DNA of 64,000 bases, taken from Takakia lepidozioides (lineage: Eukaryota > Plantae > Bryophyta). The first letter of the stretch is position 1. Each line of letters opens with the position of its first letter. The DNA lies in assembly GCA_030704615.1 (NCBI GenBank), contig CM060734.1, positions 54,560,001-54,624,000 of the forward strand. Reading direction: 5' to 3'. Positions 11,936 to 24,700 of the stretch are shown here, piece by piece. Made by a program: the position numbers and the translations under genes. The notes under the pieces are model-generated. The model saw only the letters and a program-made list of their open reading frames with translations, was not told the DNA's origin and did no database searches.

Positions 11936-14900
11936 CTAGACCATAGCACAACTGGCCTGGTACCTCCCATGTGGAGCTTGCCTCCGCCTTCTACCATTTT
12001 GCCTCTGCCTTGCAAGTGCATTCAAGTTGGCAATGGCCAATTCATCTGCCTCACTCAAAGGAACACAAACAGCAAGCTCAGTCATGATGTTATAAGGAAT
12101 TTCAGGAGGCACCATGCCTACATAAGTGTCTCCCTCACCCAGTGCCACTTCTGTAATATCGTGAACCACTCGTCGGGATCGAGGGTCCTTGTGAAGGACC
12201 ACCTTCCAGTTCCCTCGTGAACTTTTTTCATCCGAGAAAAAAACTTGCTCCACCTGACTAGGGAATGTCCAGGGCTGCTCCATCCGAGGTAACATGCGAC
12301 TGAAGTCAACCAAGAGAAAGCCATAATCATCTCGTTTCATGGTGACCTCACCCATCTACACAAGAACAGAATTGGGTAAAGAATTCCGTAATCCAATTGA
12401 ATTATTTCTGTTACAACACCCACATATTCCAATTGGGATAACACTCGTTTGGACATACCTGCTCTATTTTTGCTTTCCTGATGGAATACTTGAGCAACTC
12501 CAGAATCAAATGTCACCCTGTCTGTGGCGCCAGTCCCATCACGTATTGCTCGAAAGTGATTGCCGTAAGCATACATGGACTTGAACCCAAGGACTGTACT
12601 GCTGGTGGTATACATAAATGGCATATGTCCAAATCATAGGACTCACCTGAACTCACCTTGCGTTGGACAGCACCTTCAATCCATTCATGGAATGGAGCCA
12701 GTAAGCGCATATCTGTTGGGTATGGAATTTCTCCATTGTGGTGGTCTTGGTCTTGTCCACAAAGGAATGCTGTTCTGAACTCAGTGCGGGATGCTTCTAT
12801 GAGTGCCATCTCCTCTTCATAGGCCCTGTCCAAATGAGAATTGCAAATTAGGATTACAGCTTATACCATTGCAGAAATGAAACACACAGGATATGATAAG
12901 CAACATACTTACTCAAGGAATGGTTTCATGCAATCTGTGTTGTGCAAAATATACTCGTGTGCACTGTCTCGTTCTTGAATGGTGAGGACTCGTACACTTC
13001 CCAATCCTTGAACCACCTCCCCACTAACTGAGTCTTCTTCATTGGAGTCCCACACCCTTCGGCTTGTAGCATGAAATTCAGCCATATACTCAGTTAGAAA
13101 CCCTAGGGCCTCATCCAAAGCATACCCTTCCGCCATGCTCCCTTCAGGTCGGCTCATATTCCTTACATAGCCTTTTAATGTCTTCATATACCGTTCCATA
13201 GGATACATCCAACGGCTAGACACGGGACCACACACCTCCAATTCGTCCACAAGGTGTACAAGCAAGTGAGTCATGATATCAAAAAATGACGGAGGGAATT
13301 CTTTCTCCAGCAGACACATAGTGATTGCAACATCTTCTTTTAAGGCCGGTAGCTCAGTTGGATTAATGATCTTTGCACACACTTTTCGGAAGACTCGAGA
13401 AAGCCTCATAATTGCCATCCGTGGACCTTTCCCAATACCCCTCGAATGCAAAGAGGTAAAATCTGCTGCATCATTACATGGTAGTCATGGGTTTTCATTG
13501 TAGACAGTTTATTGTCAGCCACATGTTTCTGGAATGTGGCAGCATAACCTGTGGGGGCCTTTACTGCAGCCAATGTTTCCAAAAACAACACCTTCTCATC
13601 TTCAGTAAGAACATATGGGGCCAAAGGCTTCACCAACTTGTTCGGGTGAGAGGGATGGGGTCTCAACCACAAGTGTTCACGAATGACATTGAGTTCCATA
13701 TCCTTCCTAGATGTGGCTGTGTCCTTCTCCCCAAGAATGGTTCTCAGCACATTCTCACACAAATTTTTTTCACAATGCATCACATCCAGTGTGTATCGGA
13801 TGAGTAAGTCTTTCCAGTATGGCAATTGGTTCAAAACAGTGACCCGTTTCATGCCATGTTCCTTTGAAGGGTCCTGTTTTCCCCCCTCAGCCCCTCCCAT
13901 TGCGAGATACAACTCTCTCGTTTTAGCCCGGTCAAATTGCTCACTTGCAGTGACCACCATAGGAGCTGCTCTATGTTCCACATGTCCATTAAAGTGGGAC
14001 GAGTTATTCCTATAGGGATGAACAGCAGGCAAGTATCTCCTATGACCAAGATACAAAACTTTTTTGCATGCCTTCGAGTACCTGGAATCAACATTAGGGC
14101 CGCAAGCTGGGCAAGCCTTGTATCCCCCGTGTGCGCATCCTGCTAGCAACCCATAAGCTGGAAAGTCGTGGATTGACCACATCAAGATGGCCCTCATGCA
14201 AAATGACTGTTGCCCCACTAGGCTACTTCCATCCAATGCCTCCACACCAACTTCCCACAACAATTTTAGCTCATCCACAAGGGGCTGCAGATAAACATCT
14301 GCATTGTCATTTCCCACAGATTGTGGTCCAGGAATCAATAAAGCCAACATCGTGAAAAATGGCTTAGTACACAGCCAGGGTGGAAGATTATAGTTTACCA
14401 ACATGACAGGCCAAGTTGACCATTTGTTTGATTTATCACTGTAAGGATTGACACCATCCCATGCAAGACCCAATCGCAGATTTCTGGGGTCCGCTGCAAA
14501 CTCAGGCCATTTTTGGTCAATGTGGGCCCAAGCCTTGCTGTCTGCTGGGTGCCTAACCAAGCCATCCAGACTTCGATTCTTAAAGTGCCATGACATTAAC
14601 TCTGAGATGGATTTGGCTTTATACATTCGAAGCAGCCTTGGAATGATAGGGAAATGTCGAAGGACCTTACGAGGTACTGGTGTCTTCGTACCCACCACAT
14701 AACGACGTGCCTGACATTTTGGACAAACCTCCAAATTCTGAAGCTCCCTTCTGAACAACACACAGCCTTTCGGACATGCATGTATACTCTCGTAATGAAG
14801 CCCGAGTTCCATTATGAGTTGTTTTGCCTCATAGTGGGACTTTGGCAGGCAATTGTCTGCTGGCAACAGTTGTCTTCCTAACAATGTAAGGAGTTCATCG

Positions 14901-15722
14901 ACAAAGGTGTTTGACACACCATGGGTTTGACAAGCATTTAACAGCAGTAAGGTAGCAGACAATCGAGAGGAAGAACTCCCTACATATAAAGCCCTGGATG
15001 CCTCGTGCTCAAAACGTAAGGCACTCGCTGCACCACGATCACCATCGCTCTTCAGTCCACCATCAGTCTGCTCTGGCACTCCATCTGTGTCCCATTGGCC
15101 CTGTGTTCCATCTCCCGGTTCCTCATGTGCATCACCAGTTTGCACCCCATTATCTATAGTTGCGAATGTCTCCCGGAGCATTCTAAGCATGTCAAGATTA
15201 CGATCCAAGGTATCAGGACCACCTGCAGGGCTGGTTTCCGTTCTAAACCCCTCATGTTCGTCTCCAGAGTTTTCCTGCTTAGTACATATCAGACGCCACA
15301 TGTCAATCCACTATAAGATGGGGAGTTTTTTCATTTGCAATAGTGGATGTGGAACGTGCCATTTGTACAGGCACGTGGCAATAGGAAAACGGACATGTAC
15401 AATACTCTACACCTTACAACAATACCGCTACCAGGAATTTGAACTGTTTCTTATAATTTCAAAGTATGCATCTGCAAAGGGAAGAGAATCCAGAGATATG
15501 CACCGGGAGTTCTCGTAAGTTAGGATCTCGCAAGTTCAAAAGCAGATGACGCTTAGCCCGGCCAATGGTTTGCCAGTTCCCACCATGACAGGCATTGCAT
15601 GGACATAGAATTTTCCGAAGACCCAGTCTTCTTGCTCGCGCTTCCTCTAGTTTCCACAATCTGTCATCATCATGTTCTGCTTGTGTCCGCCTTTGCAATC
15701 GATGGGCAGTAGGAGGGATCAT
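11936..15722 (-). pseudogene. CACTA TnpD-type transposase (Transpos_assoc CPCxxC, Transposase_21, DUF4218, DUF4216-like), spliced and frameshifted
   Basis: ILCPCNACH...KRHLL (15459-15722); IHACPKGCVLF, HPADSKAW, NLRLGLAWDGVNP, WPVMLVNYNLPPW, HDFPAYG, DVMHCEKN, HDYHVMMQQILP (13406-15301); FPPSFFDIMTHLLVHL, RWMYPMER, RPEGSMAEGY (12909-13451); C-terminal pieces 12833-11936. Frameshifts near 13450 and 12600. Confidence 0.93.
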
Positions 15723-15751
15723 CTTGGCGAGTGAGTGAGACTCGTCAGGAA

Positions 15752-18700
15752 ATGGAGACCCAAATAGAGTGTCCAGAAGTTACACCAGGGCGCAAGCCTA
15801 CAGCGAGGGAGGTAGAACGAGCAAAGCGTCAAGCGGAGAACAAGGCATTCTTCGCACGACTGAAGATCTACGACATTGCAAAGAGGTCCAAACTTCGGTT
15901 TTTTTCATATCCCCTACCTAGCCCTAGCCATGAAACCGCATTAAAAGCTCCAAACCTGCAGAGAGGATATGTTAGGGTTTTGCAGCTGCTGACTTTGTCT
16001 TTCTTCTTCTTTGCAGCGTCGAAGAGAGCTTGAGTCGCCCTAAACGCCTCGTTGAGGAAATCCTCAAACACACAGGTCCTCCTCGCCGAAGTCACAGAGT
16101 TCAACTCCTGCACTCTGCAATGTCACAAGGGGAGAAAGAGGTAGAGCAAGAGGAGGAAGCGCAGGTTCAAGCGGAGTCAGACACAGAGGAGGCAGGAGAG
16201 CAAGAATTGCAGCGAGACCAAGATTATGCCGCTCATGAAGACTTCAATGAGACCAGCTCGGAGTCAGAGATGGAAACGATGAAAGAAGCCCCAACAAAGA
16301 CAAAGCGCACAAAGCACCCTGCAAACTCCCCAACCCATCAGCAGGTTTGCGATCTGCACCAAAGTTTTGTCTCCATATGCATATGAAAAGGCAGTGAGGT
16401 AAGAAACAATTGCAGCAAGGTTGTTGGGCATGAGTCTTGCATATGAATTTGGGTGGGAAAAGGCTCACTGGAATGTCAACTCCAGTTGCCTGCTTTCTGG
16501 CTTGGTCTGGATTGTAATGAGGCCAACAGTTGTGGGGGTCATACTTCTTCTTCAACAAAGCCAGATAGACAATGCAGCACTAGAGGCACTTGAAGTCCTT
16601 ATCCCTAAACCCTCCAACATCTCTTTGCCAATTCAACTTGTGGACCATGTGCCTTTGTTTTCAGCAATGTGAGTGTTGGTACTCTTATGGTATGCTTGAC
16701 TCTCCTTCATGATGGTATATAAATGTTGCCTCTTTTTCCTTTTTCATCTTGAACCCATAAACTGAGAATAGTGGTTTTGATTTGGTGATTCTCTCACCAA
16801 TCCATGGACCAAGAAGAAGAACAACATGAACGGTAGTGACAAGCCACTTTGTCTAACTTCATTTTCATCAGAGAGAGAGAGATTGTACTCATAAGACGTT
16901 GTTTGCCGTAGCCTTGTGGACATTGACCCCGCGCCCAGTTTGAGCGGGAACAAAAGGGACAGAACCTACCTCTGTCAGGGGCTGACGTTGGTAGTAAGAC
17001 TTACCTTCATATATAGAATTAATTCGGGTTTTCCAGATATCCTCTAGAAATCCTTCTTGTATAGATTGACAATGACGCCCTGTCACCAGCGAAAGGGGAT
17101 CGTTTCAGTCTTCTAGATCAGGTTAAAGAGGAGAAGTAGGGATTGAATTCTGTCTTGAAGTTGATGGATTGAACCGTCTCTGCCAACGCCTGATTTATGT
17201 TGACAACCCGCATGGGATCGCCACCGTGCTTGATAAGCTCGTTGACAATACCATCAGGTCCACCAGCTTTATATCCATTTAAATGTTCAATTGCTTCCAC
17301 AATCTCAGAAGGACTAATGGGAGCGTTATAAGCCATTGAAATATACTCCAGTTCATCAGGGCTGTTTTGCATCATAGGAACAGTTTTTCCAACTGTGTAG
17401 AAGACCCCTCACTGTTAGACCTAGAAGTTATGCCAAGGATACTGTAGTGAGTTTCAAAGGTTTTGACAATGTCAACCGATGAAGTCACCACTGCACCTTT
17501 AGTAGTCTTCAGCGCTTGTACTTGCTGACCGTTTTTCGGCTTGTACAAATGTTGAAGGGGCAACCAGAATTTCTTGTCATTACCACCATGGTGCTTTGAG
17601 TTTATTTCACTGTATAACTTGTCCCAGTATAATTTCTTCTGAGACCTAACAAGCTGTTTGATATCTTTACGGAGCTGGTAGTACCTCGCCCACAATTCTC
17701 TGTTGGTTTCCAAATTGCAGCACTCTTTATAGAGGGCTCGTCTCTCAGCTATCTTGAGTTTAATCTCATTGGTCCACCAATTAACAGCTCTACCATAGAC
17801 AATTAGTTTCATCCCAATGATCTTGTCAACCACGGAGGAAACGAAACTCTCCCAAGAGTCCCCTGCTCTTTCGACTTCATTTCTTGCGTTATCAGAGCGA
17901 GACTGAAGTTCTTGGAGCGATTGGACAAAATGAGGGAGACCCTCTTGCAAGGGCTGGACATACTCAGCCTTGACCTCCTCATTATGGAGTTTTTCTATGC
18001 GCCACTTCCGAATCGAATGTTTCACATATCTCTTGGTGTTGGGAAAACACCTTTTGATCTCATTCCAAACCAGGAAATGGTCAGAGGTACCAATATCAGT
18101 TCTGTCGATCAACACATTGGCACACTGGGGGAACAAATTTTTGTCCATTATGATATAATCCACAATGGAACGTTCCCCAGTTTGGGATTTTTCACGAGTC
18201 CACTGCACTTGGTCACCTCTTGTCCTGTTATTCAAGGTCAAAAGCTGAAGATCTTCTAGACAGTTAATTAACCGTCTGCCATTAGAATTCAGTTCGTCCT
18301 CACCAAAAGGTCCAATGATATCCTGATGGAGCCCTTTGCCCACCCGGGCATTGAAGTCACCCAATAGCACCACCTGACCTTTGGCAAGGAACGAAGCACA
18401 GTCCAGCTTTACATCTTCGAAGGCTTTGTCTGCATCAGCTTGTGAGCGTCCCCTCTGTGGGCATGTAAACACAACCCACAAAGAGGTCCTTCGTCCTCGA
18501 GACTTTCAGAGAGAGAGAGAGAGAGAGAGAGAATGCACTCCTGAGAAGTTGCTTATCATAGCCTTGTGGCCACAGACCTTGCCCGTGCCCAGCAGAACAA
18601 GAGGGAACAGACATGAGGGGCTCACTCTAGTAGTAGGACTTACCGTGTTATAAACATTAGTTCAGGCTTTCCAGATTCCTTTTAGAAAGCCCTTCACACA

Positions 18701-21700
18701 AGCATCAATATGTTGTATGTGGGCTACCAAGCAATGAGACCCCAACAAGGCCACCGCTTTAGACTCAGCCTTGAGATATTGAAAGTTGGTGAACAGAGGT
18801 GCAGGGACTATGTTCTTGATGGTCCTGAAGAGGGTCGCTCTCTGATGAGAATACCCCGGACTTGTATCTGAAAATGGACATTGTCTTTAGGCCACCCACA
18901 CCAATGAGCATTGACAATCTCCCTTTCCTCTCTGCATCTGTTTATTGTTCAAAGGTAGACTCCCCATCCTGAGGTAAAATTTTCAGTCTAGTGCCAAGGG
19001 TAGGTCTGCCCTTCAGATCATCCTCAAAGTCCTCACCCATGTCACAAACTGGAAACGAGTTCAGGGAAGTTTATGCCTAACATTGTTTTGTTCGGACATT
19101 CTTCATGCTTTTGACATGGCCTTAGACACTTCAGCCTCCACGTCAGATTCATCTAGCAGGGTGAGTTCTTCCTTCCTAATATTCAGGTATTTATCATAGG
19201 GTCGCTGGTATGAGGCATGCGATTCAGCTGACTGTACCATCTGACCTTGAACTCATCATGTTGAGAGGTCAAGGCTGGTACTCCAAACTCGCCCTGAGCA
19301 GCCATGTTAGTTGTTCTACAGCTTCTGGGGTCAGGGGAAAGATATGGAGGATGGTTCACAACCTGCATGCGAACACCAAAGCTTGTGTTGTGGTCAATAG
19401 CGAGAAGTCTAATTTCTTTGACATTGACCAAGGTGTAGCTCAAGGTTGTACCCTCTCCCCGCTGCTCTTCAATGTTTTCGTTTATCAGCCCTTTAAAAAT
19501 GAGGAAAGCAAGAGATTTGGGTTACAGATGGGTGATGCCGCCATACCAGCACTTATGAAGAGATCAGGCCTTATCAGGCCTTGGAGTACACATCTGCCGT
19601 GTGGGTTGGCCAACTCCAATCATGCTAAAACTTTAGAATCCATTCAGCTTTTGGTGCTCAAAGAGAGCATGTCAGCACGTGCACCATAAGATGTCAAGGA
19701 AGGAAACCTTTGTAGAAGGAAGGTGTCGTTCTAGGACAGAGGTTTCCTTAGAGGTTTCTTTCTTTTTTCCTTCCTTGAATAGGCCAGCTCAAGGACATGG
19801 TTGACACAGCCCCCAGGAAGCCTGCCTCACCTTCATGGAAAACACTTCCAGACTCCAAATCAACCTCAAGGTGGGTGCTTATTATCCTACATAACAGCTT
19901 GCAAACTGTGGTAAGAAGTGTAATGCTACGGTAGTTCCTAGGCTGTCATCTGTCACCTCAGATTGACACTGACACCCTCTCTCCAGCGAAAGGCTATCAT
20001 TTCAGTCTTCCAAATAAGGTCCCAGAGGAGTGCAAGTGTCACGCACCTCACTTCGGTAAGCTCCCCTTCAAGTCATAGTTACTCGCTTTGATGCGCGCGC
20101 CTGACTCCCAACCTGGCCGCCGGGCCAACTCGGAGCTTCGGCTGCTCACCGGGACATAACGGTCCCCCTTCGCTCTCCCGAAAGACCCTCCACCTATTTG
20201 GGCCTAGTGGAATTCCCTTTGGTAGATGGCAGTCCGGAACAGCTCCCCACTCTTTGGTCGCTTTCCGGCTCGCTTGCTTACTCACTAGTTTTTGGACACC
20301 AACGGGCTTGCACCATTCTCGGGGTTACTACTCCCTATATATACTTCTGTAGCTGTCCGCGGGGGTTTCACAACCAGCTATGCCATTTTATGGCGAACCA
20401 CCACGAAGACCCTCGACTCCCGGTGGTGAGTCGCGGTGAGTCTTGGCCCTCTCACCACGACCCCATTGATCCGTGATGAGTCCCAAGACTCCCCACGACT
20501 CCCACCACGAGGTCTCCACCCTATGGTGAGTCCTATGCCACCCCCACTAAGACCCGCTAAGCTACCACCACCTCTTGTGGAGCCACCCCCACCGCAACCC
20601 GGTGTGCAGGGCTCCACCTAGTGAGCGCCTCCGCCTCCTTGAGTGCCTTGGACACTCAAGGGTGCTTCAGCCCCCCCCCCCCCATAACTATCACTGCCAC
20701 TGCCCCCACCACAGGGGCAGCCCCTCATGTGTCCTGACCCCCCCGCCCTCAAGGCAAAGGGCCGCGACACACACCCCTACCAACAGGGAGTCGATGTCCT
20801 CATCGACTTGTCCATTTTGTAGAAACGAACATCCAAGTTGTGGCGTCCCACATCAAGGAGTTTGTTTCCGCACCATGGCGTCCCATGGCAAAGAACCAAA
20901 CCCCACACTTGACTCTACTCTCCACTAGCTAGTTCGGCCGACTTCCTCCAAGTCCCGGCCAAGGGTGGAGCCTCTCAAGCTCCTCCCAGTGCACTCTTCT
21001 TGGCCTACTTTAAGGCCAAGGAACGATCCTCCCCGAGGATCGAATCGCCTTACTGCAACAACATTGCTTGCGATCGCTCATGATGCCGCTTTTGGCATCA
21101 TCTTGAGCAAGGGTTCCCTGGAACCCTCTTTGACTAGGAAGATAACCTTGAACCAACCGTGCGCCCCAATCACTACAATTGGGTCCGCCTTGGAATGCTA
21201 GTCTGAGGTACGGGAACACGCCAAAGCCGCACTACGACTTCGTCCCGAGGTTACACGATTATAGTACGTGAACGGAAGCACGTAGCTTCCATGTTAGCCC
21301 ACACTACAAGGCAACCCCCTCGGTAGCGCAGTTATAGTACGCGCACGCGCCAGGTGCGCACTAGCACGTGAACTCCCAAAGAAAGGCGCAAGTTTCCTTA
21401 CCCCTTGGATGGGGGTCACCCGATTTTGGCACTACGCAAACACACGATTAACCCAATTTACCTCTCCCACTTTTATAAGCTAGCATGCATTCTGCACACT
21501 AGCCAACCATAACATGCATCACCATTCCAAACAAAATAGGACGCACAACATTTGGAACCCATTTCCTTTATAACAATTTTTTTTGTACAATACAAGTTTT
21601 TGTAATCGGATCCCTAAGCTAGCTAAGCCGGGCTAAGCATGCATTTCCTCCCCCACGCTCCAAGGTTGATGTCCCCATCAACGCTTCTTCCGCTTTTGAG

Positions 21701-24700
21701 GTCGCCCTTCGAAAGCTGCAACCGCCTCGGATGCGTTTCCCATTTCTGAGGCACGCACCCAAGATGCCTCCACATGATGATAGCCCTTCCATTTGACGAG
21801 ATACTCTGTTTCTCGGTTCTTGAACCTCCTCGACTTAAGTATTGCCTCCACCTCGTACTCAGGTTCATTTTCATGATCCAACAGCATAGGTGGCGGACGC
21901 AACACTTGATGCCGATTCGGACGTGCTTCATCTTTGAAGTAAGGCTTCAAAAGGGAGACATGGAATACTGGGTGCACCTTGCTGTTTGCCGGCAGCTCCA
22001 ATTCATACACATCCCCATTCATAACCTTCCGAATGCGAAAGGGACCCGCATACGGAGGTACGAACTTCGGACTCACTTCCGGAGGTAGTCGGAAATTCTT
22101 GATGTTCAACCAGACCTCCGTGCCTGCCTCAAACTTCACTTCCCTCCGCTTCTGATTCGCCTTCCTTTCATACCATTTCCTAGCTTTGGCAATGTTGTAC
22201 TTTGCGAGCTTCAACAAACGCTCGCGTTCTTCCAGTACCGCCGCTACTTCCGGTTCCTCAACATCCTGGGCGGCCCAACTTGTCGGCACTAGAGGTGCTT
22301 TTCCATAGACCAATACGAAAGGGGAAACTCCCGTTGCGGAGTGTTCTGTGTTATTATAACAGAACTCTGCCGCGTCTAAGTGTTCCATCCAGTCTGATTG
22401 GTCTGCCGACACGTAATTCCGCAAGAATTGCTTCACTACGGAATTCACTCTTTCCATTTGGCCGTCCGTCGTAGGTCGGAAGGCGGTGCTCATCTTCAGC
22501 CTCGTCCCCATCTTCTTCCAAAGTGCTCTCCAGAATTTACTCGTAAACTTTGGATCGCGGTCCGAGACAATATCCTTCGGGACTCCATGATGCTTTAAGA
22601 CGTGGGCGAAGTAAAGTCGCCCTGTCTCCTCGCCGTTGCCGTCTCCTTGGTGGGGATGAAATGGCCCATTTTACTGAACCTATCCACCACCACCATGATT
22701 GCATCGAATCCTTTTGACAGCGGCATAGCAGTCATGAATCCATCGAGACACTTTCCCAAGTCCCCTCTGGAATCGGCAAGGGTTGTAACAGCCCCGCTTG
22801 CTTTTTGTACTCGCTCCGGTTTTGTTGGCATGTGGTGCATGTCTTGTCATACTCCTCTGCCTCCTCCCTCAGTTTGGGCCAGAAATACCCTTTCTTCAAG
22901 AGTGTCGCAGTGCGCTTGGCTCCGCCGTGGCCCGCAAGCGGGCTATCATGGCATTCTCTCAAGAGGCTATCTCTGATCCCTCCCTTGGCACGTAGAGACG
23001 TTTTTGCTTATATCGGAGCAGTCCATTTTGCAAGTGGAACTGCGATTTAACCCCCATCCTCAAGTCCTGCATCACGGACTTCGCCAGCTCATCCTTCCGG
23101 CAAGCCTTCCGGATCTTCCTTTGGAGTGCCGACTCGCCCTTGTACACCAACAAGAGCTGCTGCTTTCTACTTAAAGCATCGGCCACCACATTGTCCCGTC
23201 CCGGTTTGTACTGGATATCCACGTCGAACACCGCCAAAGTATCTTGCCACCTAAGTTGTTTTGGGGACAACTTGGGCTGCGTGGCAAAATACTTCACGTG
23301 ACATTGTCCGTGAACACCTTCACTGGGTTGGAACCAACATAGTGGCGCCAAAGCTCAAGGCAATGCACCACCACCATCTCTTTTCGTGCGTCGGCCACCG
23401 TCGCTCCACTTCATTCAGTTTCTTACTTTTGTAAGCCACTGGACGTCCATCTTGCATCAGTACACCCCCAATCACGAAGTCCGACGCATCTGTATGAATC
23501 TCAAATGGACGATCGAACTCCGGGATTTTCAAGACTGGAGCTTCCGTCATCCGCTGCTTCAATTCAACAAAAGCTTGGCCACAAAAGGTGTTCCATGCCC
23601 AGACTTTAGATTTACACAGAAGGTCCGACAGCGGCCCCGCGATCTTGGCGAAATTTCTCACATACTTCCGGTAATAGGAGGCGAGTCCTAGGAAGGATCG
23701 CACTCCCGGGACCGAAGTCGGAGGCTCCCAGTCCAAGATCGCCCTCACCTTTCTGTCATCCATTTTGATCCCATCCTGTGTAATCACATGCCCCAGGAAC
23801 TCCACTTTTGTGACCCCAAATTCGCACTTTGAAGCTTTGGCATACAGCTTCCCTTCTCGCAATTTTTGGAACACCCTTTTGAGGTGCTCCAGGTGCTCCT
23901 CCTTTGTTTTCGAGTACACCAAGATGTCGTCGATGTACACGATCACAAAGTCATCCAACCACTCCTGGAAAAGGCTGTTCATCAGCGTGCTAAATGTCGC
24001 TGGTGCATTGGTGAGCCCAAAAGGCATCACCAAGAACTCATATGAACCATACCTTGTCCTGCACGCGGTCTTCTCCTCATCTCCTTCCGCCACCCGAATT
24101 TGATGATAGCCGGAGCGCAAGTCGATCCGGCTGAAATACTTCGCTCCTGCCAACCGATCGAAAAGGTCTCCGATCCTTGGCAAAGGGTACCGGTTTTTGA
24201 TAGTCACCTTATTCAAAGCCCTGTAATCGACACACATCCGCAGCGTCCCATCCTTCTTGTCTGCGAATAGCACCGGGGCTCCGTAAGGTGACTTACTCGG
24301 CCGGATGTATCCTTTGACATTAGATCCTTGAGCTGAGTCTTCAGCTCGACCAACTCTCTGTGGCTCAACCGGTAGGGCGCCTTGGCAGGCGGTTCCGATC
24401 CCGGTATCACCTCAATCTTGTGGTCAACTCCTCTTCGCGGTGGCAAGCCGCTTGGTAAATCCTCCGGCATCACATCCTGGTATTTCTCCAAAATCCCCTT
24501 GATCCAATCTCGGCTCGGCTCCCCATCGCCTTCCTCCTTTCACTTCTCTAATGTAAAGCAAAAATGGGACTCGTGTGCCTCCTCCACGGCCCACTCCTTT
24601 GCTGACAGAAGGTTTATTCGCCCTCCCACGGATTTGGGCGTTTCCGATACTCGTAAAACCTCGCCACCATTCCCACATGGCAGCGTGACTACTCTCTTGC

